Below are positions 44,151-52,848 of a stretch of DNA of 64,000 nucleotides, piece after piece (position 1 is the first letter of the stretch; the number at the start of each line of letters is the position of its first letter). The translations under genes were made by a program, and so were the position numbers. This DNA is from Phycisphaerales bacterium (GTDB lineage: Bacteria > Planctomycetota > Phycisphaerae > Phycisphaerales > SM1A02). Below the pieces are notes generated by a model. That model saw only the letters and a program-made list of their open reading frames with translations, had not been told where the DNA came from and did not search any database. The stretch spans positions 20,081 through 84,080 of the forward strand of contig JAKVBU010000007.1 in the NCBI GenBank assembly GCA_022446885.1, in the 5' to 3' direction.

Positions 44151-45704
44151 ATGCCCCTGAGATTTGCAGCCACCTGCACCATGGCCCTCGTGGCCTCCAT
44201 GGCACCTGCGGCGATGGCGGGAGATACACCCGGCTGGTTGATCAACATGGGGTGGGCCGATCTGCTGGAGCGAGTAGGCGAAGACAACATGCCCGACGGC
44301 ACCGGCGTCGTCTTGTCGCAAGTGGAGGCGCAAGACACCAGCGGGCGATACGTGCCCGATAGCAACGACCCCCAATTGCAGCACCCGCTGTACATCCGCC
44401 GCAGCGGTGGTTCGACGCTGCCCAGCTCTCACGCCACTTTCGTGGGGAAGAAGTTCTACGGCACAAGTGACGGAATGGCTCGTGGCGTCAGTTATGTCTA
44501 CTGCTTCAAGGCCGTTGGCTTTCTGCAAGGCGACTATCTCAACGTGACAACGACGGCGGAGCCCGACACCATTCCCATCGTCAAGGTGTGGAACCACTCA
44601 TGGGTCGCTTCCTTTGGCGACGCCGCGATCGACGCTCGAGCCGCTCGCAAGACCGACTTTGCGATCGAACGAGATCAGGACATCATGTGCGTCGGTTTGA
44701 ACAACGGCTCCGAACAGCAGCCGCTGTTGGCCAGCGCCTTCAACGTCATCGCCGTAGGAAGGCGTGACGGCAACCACTCAGGTGGATTTTGGAACGGCGG
44801 CGACAGCGACGGGCGAATCCGACCAGACCTCTGCGGTTCGCTGTACACGGTCAGTGAAGCGACGCCGCTGGTCTCGGGCGCTGCTGCGGTGCTTGTGCAG
44901 ACCGTGCAGGATGCCGGCCTTGGCGCAGACGCCGAAGCCCCGGAAACGATCAAAGCTGCCCTAATGGCTGGTGCCGTGCATCAGAACACGGGTGGCGTGC
45001 CTTGGTCAAACGCACCCATCGAGACCGGGCCGGATCGAGGGCTCAGCACACAGGCGCTCGACCTCAATTCTGGCGCCGGACATGCCAACGTAGATCGGTC
45101 ACATCAAGTGCTTACCGGCGGCCGCGTCGGCAACGGCGAGTCCGGCATGCCAACCGGCTGGGCCCACCTGGAAGTGAACGAAGGCGACACCGCGACGCTG
45201 CGGTTCACAACGGCCGAGGCCGCCGACGAACTCAATGTGCTGGCCACTTGGAATCGCACGGTGACGACAAGCGGAAACTACAGCACCTGGTGGGTCGCAG
45301 ATTTTGATCTGGAGTTGCGGAAGGTAAATGGAGACTCCACCATCTCACTGCTGGGCGAAGACGCCACCGAGTGGGTTGGCGGCAATGTCGCCAGTCGCAG
45401 TTCGGTGGGGAATGTCGAGCATCTCCACATCACAGGGCTCGAGGCCGGAACCTACGAGATTCAGATTGAGTTGCTCGATGCGGGGTCAGCCGACGCCGCC
45501 GAAGTGGCACTGGGATGGTGGACCATGGCCGAAGGTGGCAGCGCCGTACCGGGCGACATCAACGGCGACGGAGTTGTCGGCGTCGATGATCTGCTCGCCC
45601 TGATCGGCGCCTGGGGTGAAACGGACCACCCCGCAGATTTGGATGGGTCAGGAGTGGTGGACATCAACGACCTGCTCAAACTGCTGTCCCTGTGGGTGCC
45701 CTGA
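44151..45704 (+). CDS. secreted subtilase-like (S8-fold) protein with a C-terminal dockerin-like module
   Basis: AGGAG Shine-Dalgarno plus the ATG at 44151, and signal peptide MALVASMAPAAMAG. S8-like blocks SSHATFVG, VWNHSW and VSEATPLVSGAAAVLV; the Asp-box is atypical. C-terminal GDINGDGVVGVDDLLALIGAWG...DLDGSGVVDINDLLKLLSLW. Confidence 0.5.
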   Translation: MPLRFAATCTMALVASMAPAAMAGDTPGWLINMGWADLLERVGEDNMPDGTGVVLSQVEAQDTSGRYVPDSNDPQLQHPLYIRRSGGSTLPSSHATFVGKKFYGTSDGMARGVSYVYCFKAVGFLQGDYLNVTTTAEPDTIPIVKVWNHSWVASFGDAAIDARAARKTDFAIERDQDIMCVGLNNGSEQQPLLASAFNVIAVGRRDGNHSGGFWNGGDSDGRIRPDLCGSLYTVSEATPLVSGAAAVLVQTVQDAGLGADAEAPETIKAALMAGAVHQNTGGVPWSNAPIETGPDRGLSTQALDLNSGAGHANVDRSHQVLTGGRVGNGESGMPTGWAHLEVNEGDTATLRFTTAEAADELNVLATWNRTVTTSGNYSTWWVADFDLELRKVNGDSTISLLGEDATEWVGGNVASRSSVGNVEHLHITGLEAGTYEIQIELLDAGSADAAEVALGWWTMAEGGSAVPGDINGDGVVGVDDLLALIGAWGETDHPADLDGSGVVDINDLLKLLSLWVP

Positions 45705-45723
45705 GCCATCCAGCCACAACGCC

Positions 45724-47475
45724 TCAAGCCCTGAAGACAGCCCCCAATTTGCGGCCCATGAGCACACTTGCGCCTACCAGCGTGAAGGCCAATAGCAGCA
45801 TCGCCCAAACGCCCATGGCACTTGCGATGCCCGGCCCATCGCCCAAGCGTTCGAACAGCACGTAGATCGCCTTCGTGATCGGGAAGTCGGCTGCCCGCTG
45901 AGCCAGAATCAGCGAGTCGCTCACCTCCAGCATGGCGAATGCGAAGGCCAGCAGACCACCGGCAATGAGATTGGCGATGAGCAGCGGTACGACGATCGTG
46001 CGGATAGCCGTCAATCGTGAGGCACCAAGCATGAGCGCCGCCTCTTCAAGTTGCGGCGAAGTTTGCTGCAAACCAGCCACCGCACTGCGAACCACGTAGG
46101 GCAATCGGCGCACGCCATAGGCCACGATCAAGAGCAGCACCGGGTCGGGATTGGCGCCGATCACACTCACCACCCCCTCCAGCGGATCGCCCTCACCAAA
46201 GGGCCACCGGAATGTCATGGCGACGTAGCCAAATGCCATGACCAACCCAGGCACAGCCAATGGAAGCATGGCCAATGCATCGAGCAGGCCCCGGCCTCGA
46301 ATCTTCACACGTACCAGCAGGTAGGCAATCGCCAGACCGAGCACGATGTCGAGCCCTGTCGCGATAGATGCATAGAACAGACTGTTGCGCACCGACCCAG
46401 CAGCAAGGGGGTGCGACAAGGCCTCTGAGTAGTGAGCCCCGGTCAAGGAGGTGGGCAGCACCGTGTCGTACCAGGCCCCTGGCGGAGAGAGTGAGGCCAG
46501 CACCACACTGATGTGCGGCAGCATTGCGATGAAACTCACGCCGCCCAGCAACGCAAGAGCACCAACACTGCCCCATCGACCGAGTTTCTTGGGCGTGAAA
46601 CGAAGCGACGCACGCCCCGGGCCTGCTGCATCGGCGGACCCCAAAAACGTCTTGCCCACCAGATAGATGCCCGCTGCCAGCACCAGCAAGACAACCGTCA
46701 GGGCGTAGGGCTCGCGCGAGACGTTCATCTCCTTGATCCCGTTGAAGATCTGCACCGGCGTGACCTGCTGATAGTCGAACATCAGCGGCGTGCCCAGCTC
46801 CGTCAACGACCAGATGAAGACAATTGTCGAACCAGCGAACAAGCCCGGCCGCATAAGCGGCACGACGATGTGCTTGAGCCGCTGCCAGCGAGATGCCCCC
46901 AGCCCCTGGGCCGCCTCCTCAAGCGCCGGGTCTTGATTGGCCAGCGCCGCAGCCGCGTTCAGATAGATGATCGGGTACAGGTGGAGCGCCTCAATCAGCA
47001 CGATCGCCCAGAAGCCGCCGGCGCCGATGAAGTCGATGCCGTGCGAGACGATGCCCAGGTCCACCAGCAGGCTGCTGATGGCCCCATGCCTGCCCAGCAG
47101 GTGATGCAGGCCGATGGCCCCCACGAAGGGCGGCAAAATCAGCGGCACCAGCACCAACGCTTCGAGCACCCTTCGCCCCGGATACAAGCAGCGCACCGAG
47201 ACCAATGCCATGGGGATCGAAATCAGCAGACACAGCAGCGTGGTTGCGGTCGCGATGCCCAGCGCATTGAGCAGCCCTGTCCGGGTGGCCGGATCCTGCA
47301 GCACATCAAAGACATGGAAGAACGTGAATCCGCCATCCTCAGCCACGAAGCCTTCAGAGACGGTCAGCCAGATTGGATACAGCAGCCCGGCCCCCAAGAC
47401 GCCCAACAAGCCGATCAACAGGATCCAGGAACCTCTACCCGCACGCTGCATGGCCGGACAATAGCGGATGGCCAT
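45724..47475 (-). CDS. ABC transporter permease, fused two-domain type (iron(III)/thiamine FbpB/ThiP-like)
   Basis: 583 aa with ~12 TM segments and two BPD-transporter-like halves (ALEEAAQGLGASRWQRLKHIVVPLMRP and QLEEAALMLGASRLTAIRTIVVPLL EAA loops). No ATPase or binding protein lies adjacent. Confidence 0.8.
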   Translation of the reverse strand: MAIRYCPAMQRAGRGSWILLIGLLGVLGAGLLYPIWLTVSEGFVAEDGGFTFFHVFDVLQDPATRTGLLNALGIATATTLLCLLISIPMALVSVRCLYPGRRVLEALVLVPLILPPFVGAIGLHHLLGRHGAISSLLVDLGIVSHGIDFIGAGGFWAIVLIEALHLYPIIYLNAAAALANQDPALEEAAQGLGASRWQRLKHIVVPLMRPGLFAGSTIVFIWSLTELGTPLMFDYQQVTPVQIFNGIKEMNVSREPYALTVVLLVLAAGIYLVGKTFLGSADAAGPGRASLRFTPKKLGRWGSVGALALLGGVSFIAMLPHISVVLASLSPPGAWYDTVLPTSLTGAHYSEALSHPLAAGSVRNSLFYASIATGLDIVLGLAIAYLLVRVKIRGRGLLDALAMLPLAVPGLVMAFGYVAMTFRWPFGEGDPLEGVVSVIGANPDPVLLLIVAYGVRRLPYVVRSAVAGLQQTSPQLEEAALMLGASRLTAIRTIVVPLLIANLIAGGLLAFAFAMLEVSDSLILAQRAADFPITKAIYVLFERLGDGPGIASAMGVWAMLLLAFTLVGASVLMGRKLGAVFRA

Positions 47476-47540
47476 TGCCCCGATCGCCCCGACTCATCCG
47501 GGTCCGGCCTCATGGTCTCAACCTATACTGCCCCCTTCCC

Positions 47541-48830
47541 ATGCCCTACACACTCACGCCTGCCGCCCCCTGGGACGTCGATGCGGACGACGTCGATTAC
47601 CTCGAGGATCGCCCTCGTGGCGGCGATCGTTGGGTGCTCAATTTTGGCCCCCAGCACCCAGCAACCCACACAACGCTGCGGGTGATTCTTGAACTCGACG
47701 GCGAGCGCGTCGTTCGGGCCACCCCGCATATCGGGTACCTGCACAGCGGGTTTGAGAAACTCGGTGAGCACCACGACTACAACCAGTACGTCTGCACCAT
47801 CAGCCGGATGGACTACGTCGCCCCCGTGCTCAACGACGTGGCTTGGCACCACGCCGTGGAGTCGCTCTTCGACATCGACATCACGCCCCGCTGCAAGGTG
47901 ATCCGCACCATTCTCATGGAACTGGGCCGCATTCAGGGCCACCTGCTCTGTGTGGGCGCCGCGGCACTCGATCTGGGGGCGTTCACCGGGTTCCTGTACG
48001 GCTTCAACGAGCGGGAATTTATCTACGACATCATTGACTACTACTCGGGCCAGCGATTCCACCCGGACGTGACCCGCGTGGGTGGCATGATGCGTGATCT
48101 GCCCGACGAAGCGGTCTTCCGCCGAATGGTGCGCAGCTTCATCGACGAACGCCTGCCCAAGGCGATCAACGACATCGAGACGCTGCTCAACCGCAACCGC
48201 ATCTTCATCGACCGAGTGCAGGGCATAGGCGTGTTGACCGGCGAAGAGGCCACCGCCTGGTCGCTCTCTGGCCCCCTCGCTCGTGCCTCGGGGGTCGCCC
48301 GTGATCTGCGCAAGGACAGCCCCTATCTGTGCTACGCGGACAATTGGGACGGCCTGGGCGCTGAGGCGGTCAAGTTCTCGGTGCCGGTGGCCCAGGATGG
48401 CGACTGCCTCGCTCGATATCTGGTGCGGCTGGAAGAGATCAAGCAGTCGATGTCGATTCTCGATCAGTTGATTGACAATATCCCCGAGGGCCCGATCAAC
48501 GCCAGCCCCGACGGCAAGATGCACATTCCGGAGAAGGGCGATGTCTACGGCTCGATCGAAGCCACGATCCAGCATTTCGAATTGATCATGACCAACCGAG
48601 GCTGGAACGCCCCGGTGGGCGAGCTCTACACCGGTGTCGAAGGCCCCAATGGTGAGTTGGGCTACTTCCTCGTCGCAGACGGTGGCAAGAACCCATGGCG
48701 AGTCGCCGTTCGACCGCCATCGTTCATCAACTACCAGACGTTCGCTCGCATGCTCGAAGGCCATCAACTGGCCGACTTCGTAGCCGTGCTGGGGTCACTC
48801 AACATCATCGCCGCGGAGTTGGATCGATGA
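47541..48830 (+). CDS. nuoD: NADH-quinone oxidoreductase subunit D
   Basis: LNFGPQHPATHTTLRVILELDGE, IGYLHSGFEKL and the C-terminal LGSLNIIAAELDR. Start at the ATG at 47541. Confidence 0.92.
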   Translation: MPYTLTPAAPWDVDADDVDYLEDRPRGGDRWVLNFGPQHPATHTTLRVILELDGERVVRATPHIGYLHSGFEKLGEHHDYNQYVCTISRMDYVAPVLNDVAWHHAVESLFDIDITPRCKVIRTILMELGRIQGHLLCVGAAALDLGAFTGFLYGFNEREFIYDIIDYYSGQRFHPDVTRVGGMMRDLPDEAVFRRMVRSFIDERLPKAINDIETLLNRNRIFIDRVQGIGVLTGEEATAWSLSGPLARASGVARDLRKDSPYLCYADNWDGLGAEAVKFSVPVAQDGDCLARYLVRLEEIKQSMSILDQLIDNIPEGPINASPDGKMHIPEKGDVYGSIEATIQHFELIMTNRGWNAPVGELYTGVEGPNGELGYFLVADGGKNPWRVAVRPPSFINYQTFARMLEGHQLADFVAVLGSLNIIAAELDR

Positions 48831-49363
48831 CGTGGGCCGCCAAACCATCGGGCACTCGCCCCATCGAAACCCGCAGCGAGCCGTGGGTCACATCGGCTAT
48901 GAAAGACCGATGGACCGCAAATCTGCTGCCCAAATATGAGACGACGCACGGGGCGCTCATGCCCGTGCTGCACGACTTCCAACACGAAGTCGGCTGGATT
49001 CCGCTGCAGGCCATGTCGGAGATCGCTGCTTTTCTCGACATTCCTCCCGGAGAAGTGCTCGATACGGCAACCTTCTATGAGGAATACCACACGCACCCAG
49101 TCGGCGAGCACATCATCGGCATCTGTCAGTCGATCGCCTGCGAGGCGTGCGGCCATCAGGCGATCCTCGACCACCTGCGTGACCGCCTCGACATCGAACC
49201 GCATGAGACAACTGCCGATGGTCGATTCACACTCATGGCGCTGGAGTGCCTGGGCGCGTGCGATACCGCACCCTGCTGCCTCGTCAACGACGACCGGCAC
49301 GACAACCTCACCATCGAGCGGCTCGATGAGATCATCGACACCCTGCCGGACAAGCAGTCATGA
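48827..49363 (+). CDS. nuoE: NADH-quinone oxidoreductase subunit E
   Basis: ICQSIACEACG...LECLGACDTAPC is the 2Fe-2S pattern. ATGA overlap with the nuoD stop. Confidence 0.9.
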   Translation: MTWAAKPSGTRPIETRSEPWVTSAMKDRWTANLLPKYETTHGALMPVLHDFQHEVGWIPLQAMSEIAAFLDIPPGEVLDTATFYEEYHTHPVGEHIIGICQSIACEACGHQAILDHLRDRLDIEPHETTADGRFTLMALECLGACDTAPCCLVNDDRHDNLTIERLDEIIDTLPDKQS

Positions 49364-49572
49364 CGCAGGAGCGCAAGTCCATCATGCGCTGCCTCGGTGA
49401 GTTCGCCGGCCACATCATCAAGGCCGTGAAGCAGCCGACGACCAATCGCACGACCATCCGTCATGAGCACGAGGAAGAGAAGCGAGGCCCCGTGACGCTG
49501 CGGCGCACTGTGATCGAAGAAGTTGAAGGGCCCGCCGATGCGATTCAGGGAGAGGATCCACCGTGTTCCTGA
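49360..49572 (+). CDS. small hypothetical ORF filling the nuoE-nuoF gap
   Basis: 70 aa. ATGA overlap with the nuoE stop and a 10-nt overlap with the nuoF GTG start. Charged sequence (TIRHEHEEEKRGPVTLRRTVIEEVEG) with no homology recognised. Confidence 0.3.
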   Translation: MTQERKSIMRCLGEFAGHIIKAVKQPTTNRTTIRHEHEEEKRGPVTLRRTVIEEVEGPADAIQGEDPPCS

Positions 49573-50909
49573 GTGAACCCGTACTGACGAAGCGCATTCC
49601 GACCTGGCCCTGGGGCGACCCTGCCGAGCGGACACTCGTTTCCGGCAAGCAGTTCGCCGCGACCGGCGGCTATGAGGCACTGCGTCAGGCGATCGCCATG
49701 GACCCAGCCGACGTGGTCGAAGCGGTCAAGGCTTCGCAGTTGCGAGGTCGTGGCGGGGCCGGTTTCCCATGCGGCGTCAAGTGGGGCTTTCTTCCTGAAC
49801 CCGACGGGGGCCGCCGTTATCTGGCCATCAACTGCGACGAAGCCGAGCCGGGCACGTTCAAGGATCGGCTGCTGGTTGACTACGACCCGCATCTGGTGCT
49901 TGAAGGCATCGCCATCTGCTGCTGGGCCTGCAAGCTGGACACCGCCTACTTCTTCATTCGCGGCGAGTACCGCCATCAAGCCAAGGTCTTCGAGAACGCC
50001 ATCAAGGAGGCCTATGACATGGGCATCTTTGGCGGCTCGGGCCTCATGGGGGGCGCCGTAGACTTCAAGGTCGATTGCCACCTGCATCGCAGTGCCGGGG
50101 CGTACATTTGCGGTGAAGAGACCGGATTGCTCGAGGCCATCGAAGGCAAACGCGGCTGGCCGCGAATCAAGCCCCCATTCCCGGCCATCAAGGGGCTGTT
50201 CGGTCGTCCGACGATCGTGAATAACGTCGAGACACTGGCAGCCGTGCCGGACATCGTTTCCCGCGGAGCCGACTGGTACACAACACTTGGGTGCGAGTCG
50301 GCCATCGGAGGCCCACCGTCCTTCGGCACCAAACTCGTGGGCGCCTCGGGGCATGTCAACCGACCGGGTGTGTATGAGCTGGGCTTGGGCTTCTCGCTGA
50401 AGGACTTCATCGAGTCCGACGACTACTGCCGCGGCATGCGGGCCGGCGCCGCCTACAAGGGCGCGATCCCCGGCGGCGTAAGCATGGGCATTCTCGGCAC
50501 CGATCAGTACGACGTGGCGATGGACTTCGATATCGGCAAGCAGTGCGATGTGCTGGGCCTGGGCACTGCCTGCCCCACGGTGTTTGACGAGCACACCGAC
50601 ATGATCATGGTGGCCCGCAACATCAGTCGCTTCTTCAAGAACGAGTCTTGTGGCCAGTGCACACCGTGCCGTGAAGGCGCTCAGTGGCTCTACAAGTTGC
50701 TGGTGAAGATCGAGCAGGGCGACGCAACGGGCAAAGATCTCGACTTGCTGCTGGAGATCGCCGGGTCAATGGGCACCATGCCCGGCACCACGATCTGTGG
50801 TCTGGCTGACGGCAACAACTGGGCGGTCAAAACCATCGTCAACAAGTTCCGCGGTGAGTTTGAAGCACGCCTGCAACCCGCTGCAGGGGCTGCCACAGTT
50901 GGCGTCTGA
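49563..50909 (+). CDS. nuoF: NADH-quinone oxidoreductase subunit F
   Basis: LRGRGGAGFPCGVKW, YICGEETGLLEAIEGKRG and ESCGQCTPCREG motifs. GTG start at 49563. Confidence 0.92.
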   Translation: MFLSEPVLTKRIPTWPWGDPAERTLVSGKQFAATGGYEALRQAIAMDPADVVEAVKASQLRGRGGAGFPCGVKWGFLPEPDGGRRYLAINCDEAEPGTFKDRLLVDYDPHLVLEGIAICCWACKLDTAYFFIRGEYRHQAKVFENAIKEAYDMGIFGGSGLMGGAVDFKVDCHLHRSAGAYICGEETGLLEAIEGKRGWPRIKPPFPAIKGLFGRPTIVNNVETLAAVPDIVSRGADWYTTLGCESAIGGPPSFGTKLVGASGHVNRPGVYELGLGFSLKDFIESDDYCRGMRAGAAYKGAIPGGVSMGILGTDQYDVAMDFDIGKQCDVLGLGTACPTVFDEHTDMIMVARNISRFFKNESCGQCTPCREGAQWLYKLLVKIEQGDATGKDLDLLLEIAGSMGTMPGTTICGLADGNNWAVKTIVNKFRGEFEARLQPAAGAATVGV

Positions 50910-50924
50910 GCCCATTGGCGACAA

Positions 50925-51500
50925 TTGCTGGACGACAGGATCCCTATGAGCCATACTAGCGCAATGCCTGACGCGACCGACACCGCCGCGGCCCCCGAGG
51001 ACGGGGGCTCATCGGCCGAGGGTGACCTGCCCCCTGAACGGGCGGATCACCCCGCCGATCTTCATCACGACATCCAGATCGATCCGGGTCCCCTGCAGGG
51101 TGATCAGGTGAGTGCCTTGTGCGCAGCTGTAGATGCGGCCCTCCCCAATCTCGACCGTCCCGTTGCCAGAGTCGGATTGCAGGTGGTGTGTGACAGAGAG
51201 ATGATCGAGCTGCACCGTCGCTGGCACGATTTGGACACCACCACCGACGTGCTCACCTTCGAGGCGAACACCGAGGGGCCAATCGATGTGGACATTGCTG
51301 TGTGCTTCGACGAAGCCCGCCGTCAGGCCCAAGGCCGCGGTCACGACTGGCAGGATGAACTGCTGCTGTACGTGCTGCACGGTCTGCTGCATTGCTGCGG
51401 GCACGATGATCACACGCCCGAATCCCAATCGAGGATGTTCGACGCGCAAGACGCACTTTTGATCTCGCTGGGTCGAGACCCGATCTCGAAGGACGCCTGA
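50925..51500 (+). CDS. ybeY: rRNA maturation endoribonuclease YbeY
   Basis: HGLLHCCGHDDHT is the zinc-binding H-G-x-L-H-x-x-G-x-D-H motif. The N-terminal start is uncertain because there are several in-frame Met codons. Confidence 0.8.
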   Translation: MLDDRIPMSHTSAMPDATDTAAAPEDGGSSAEGDLPPERADHPADLHHDIQIDPGPLQGDQVSALCAAVDAALPNLDRPVARVGLQVVCDREMIELHRRWHDLDTTTDVLTFEANTEGPIDVDIAVCFDEARRQAQGRGHDWQDELLLYVLHGLLHCCGHDDHTPESQSRMFDAQDALLISLGRDPISKDA

Positions 51501-52795
51501 TGGTCACCTTGTTCTGGATCATTGCAATCGTGTTCTGGTTCCTGTCCATCTGGGCGGCAGCTGTCGCTCGTTGGATCAGCACTGGAAATCAGGGCGAACT
51601 CGCCGATCTGCTCGGTGGAGAAGACAGCCCTCGCTGGACTCGACTCGCTCCCAAACTGGATGACGTGGGGGAGACGCTCCGCTTCAAGGCGTTGATCTTC
51701 CAAGTGATCTTCCTCGCCACATGGACAGGCGCCTGGAGCGAGTCGGCCACACCGGGTTGGATCGCAGGCGATGTCGCTCTGCCATGGTGGTCGCTCTTCT
51801 TCGGCGCCCTGGTTGCGGTGGCCCTGCTGTGGCTGGGGCCGGTGGCGATCTCGGCAGCTCTGGCCAAGTACACCGGCGCACTCATGACTGCCCGCAGCAG
51901 GCCCCTGCTCGTTTGGGCCACGTTGGGTGGCCGAGTGATCGGCTGGATGCCGCGATTCGTCGATGAAGTCGTGAAGCGGCTCAGCGGGGCGAATCTCCGC
52001 GAGAACGGCAAGGGATCGGATGCTGAGGCGGCGCTACTTCGGAGCATCGAGCAACAGCAGCGCGAGGGCGCCATCGACGAAGGCGCTGCCGCCATGCTTG
52101 AGAACGTGGTTGACTTCGCCAGCACCGACGTGGGTGAAGTCATGACGCCCCGCACCGAAATCGAGGGGATTGAATACACCGACGATCTGGCGGCAATTCG
52201 AAGTTTCATCCGCCAGGAGGGGCACTCGCGTATTCCGGTCTATGAAGAAGACCTCGACCACATCGCCGGCATCCTCTATGTGAAGGACCTGGTGCCGTTT
52301 CTTGGTGAAGACGCAGCCCAGTTCGCACTTCGCCCGCTGTTGCGACGGCCCATCGTGGTTCCAGACACCAAACCTGTGCAGGATCTGCTGGCTGACTTCC
52401 AGAATGCGGAAGTGCACATGGCGATCGTGGTTGACGAGTACGGCGGCACGGCCGGCCTTGTCACCATCGAGGATGTGCTGGAGGAGATCGTCGGCGAGAT
52501 CTACGACGAACACGAAGACGGTGATGACGAGGAACCCGACCTCACGGAGTTCGAGGACGGCACCTGGGAAGTTGATGCTCGGTTCCACATCGACGACTTC
52601 AATGAGGCCCTCGAGTTGGACCTGCCCGAAGAGGAGGAGTTCGACACGATCGGCGGATGGGCGTTGGCCCAAGCTGGACGAGTACCGGACCCCGGAGAGG
52701 TGATTCAGGCTCATGACCTTCGTTGCACCGTGCTTGAAGCAATGCCAACGCACATCGTGCGGCTGAAGGTCGAGCGAGCGAAGGCCGCCGAGTAG
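51500..52795 (+). CDS. CNNM/CorC/TlyC-family membrane protein (DUF21-CBS-CorC_HlyC)
   Basis: N-terminal TM region, a CBS pair (VMTPRTEIEGIEY...HSRIPVYEEDLDHIAGILYVKDL...VHMAIVVDEYGGTAGLVTIEDVLEEIVGEI) and a C-terminal transporter-associated domain. TGATG coupling to ybeY. Confidence 0.85.
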   Translation: MVTLFWIIAIVFWFLSIWAAAVARWISTGNQGELADLLGGEDSPRWTRLAPKLDDVGETLRFKALIFQVIFLATWTGAWSESATPGWIAGDVALPWWSLFFGALVAVALLWLGPVAISAALAKYTGALMTARSRPLLVWATLGGRVIGWMPRFVDEVVKRLSGANLRENGKGSDAEAALLRSIEQQQREGAIDEGAAAMLENVVDFASTDVGEVMTPRTEIEGIEYTDDLAAIRSFIRQEGHSRIPVYEEDLDHIAGILYVKDLVPFLGEDAAQFALRPLLRRPIVVPDTKPVQDLLADFQNAEVHMAIVVDEYGGTAGLVTIEDVLEEIVGEIYDEHEDGDDEEPDLTEFEDGTWEVDARFHIDDFNEALELDLPEEEEFDTIGGWALAQAGRVPDPGEVIQAHDLRCTVLEAMPTHIVRLKVERAKAAE

Positions 52796-52848
52796 ACTCC
52801 GACGCACGCCGCCACACGGGGAACAATTGGCGGCACAGGAGGATCACC

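Noticed and set aside
47523-50594. 414-aa and 349-aa ORFs antisense to nuoD and nuoF
   Set aside because: They overlap highly conserved nuo genes. No motifs are present, and the composition is typical of shadow ORFs.
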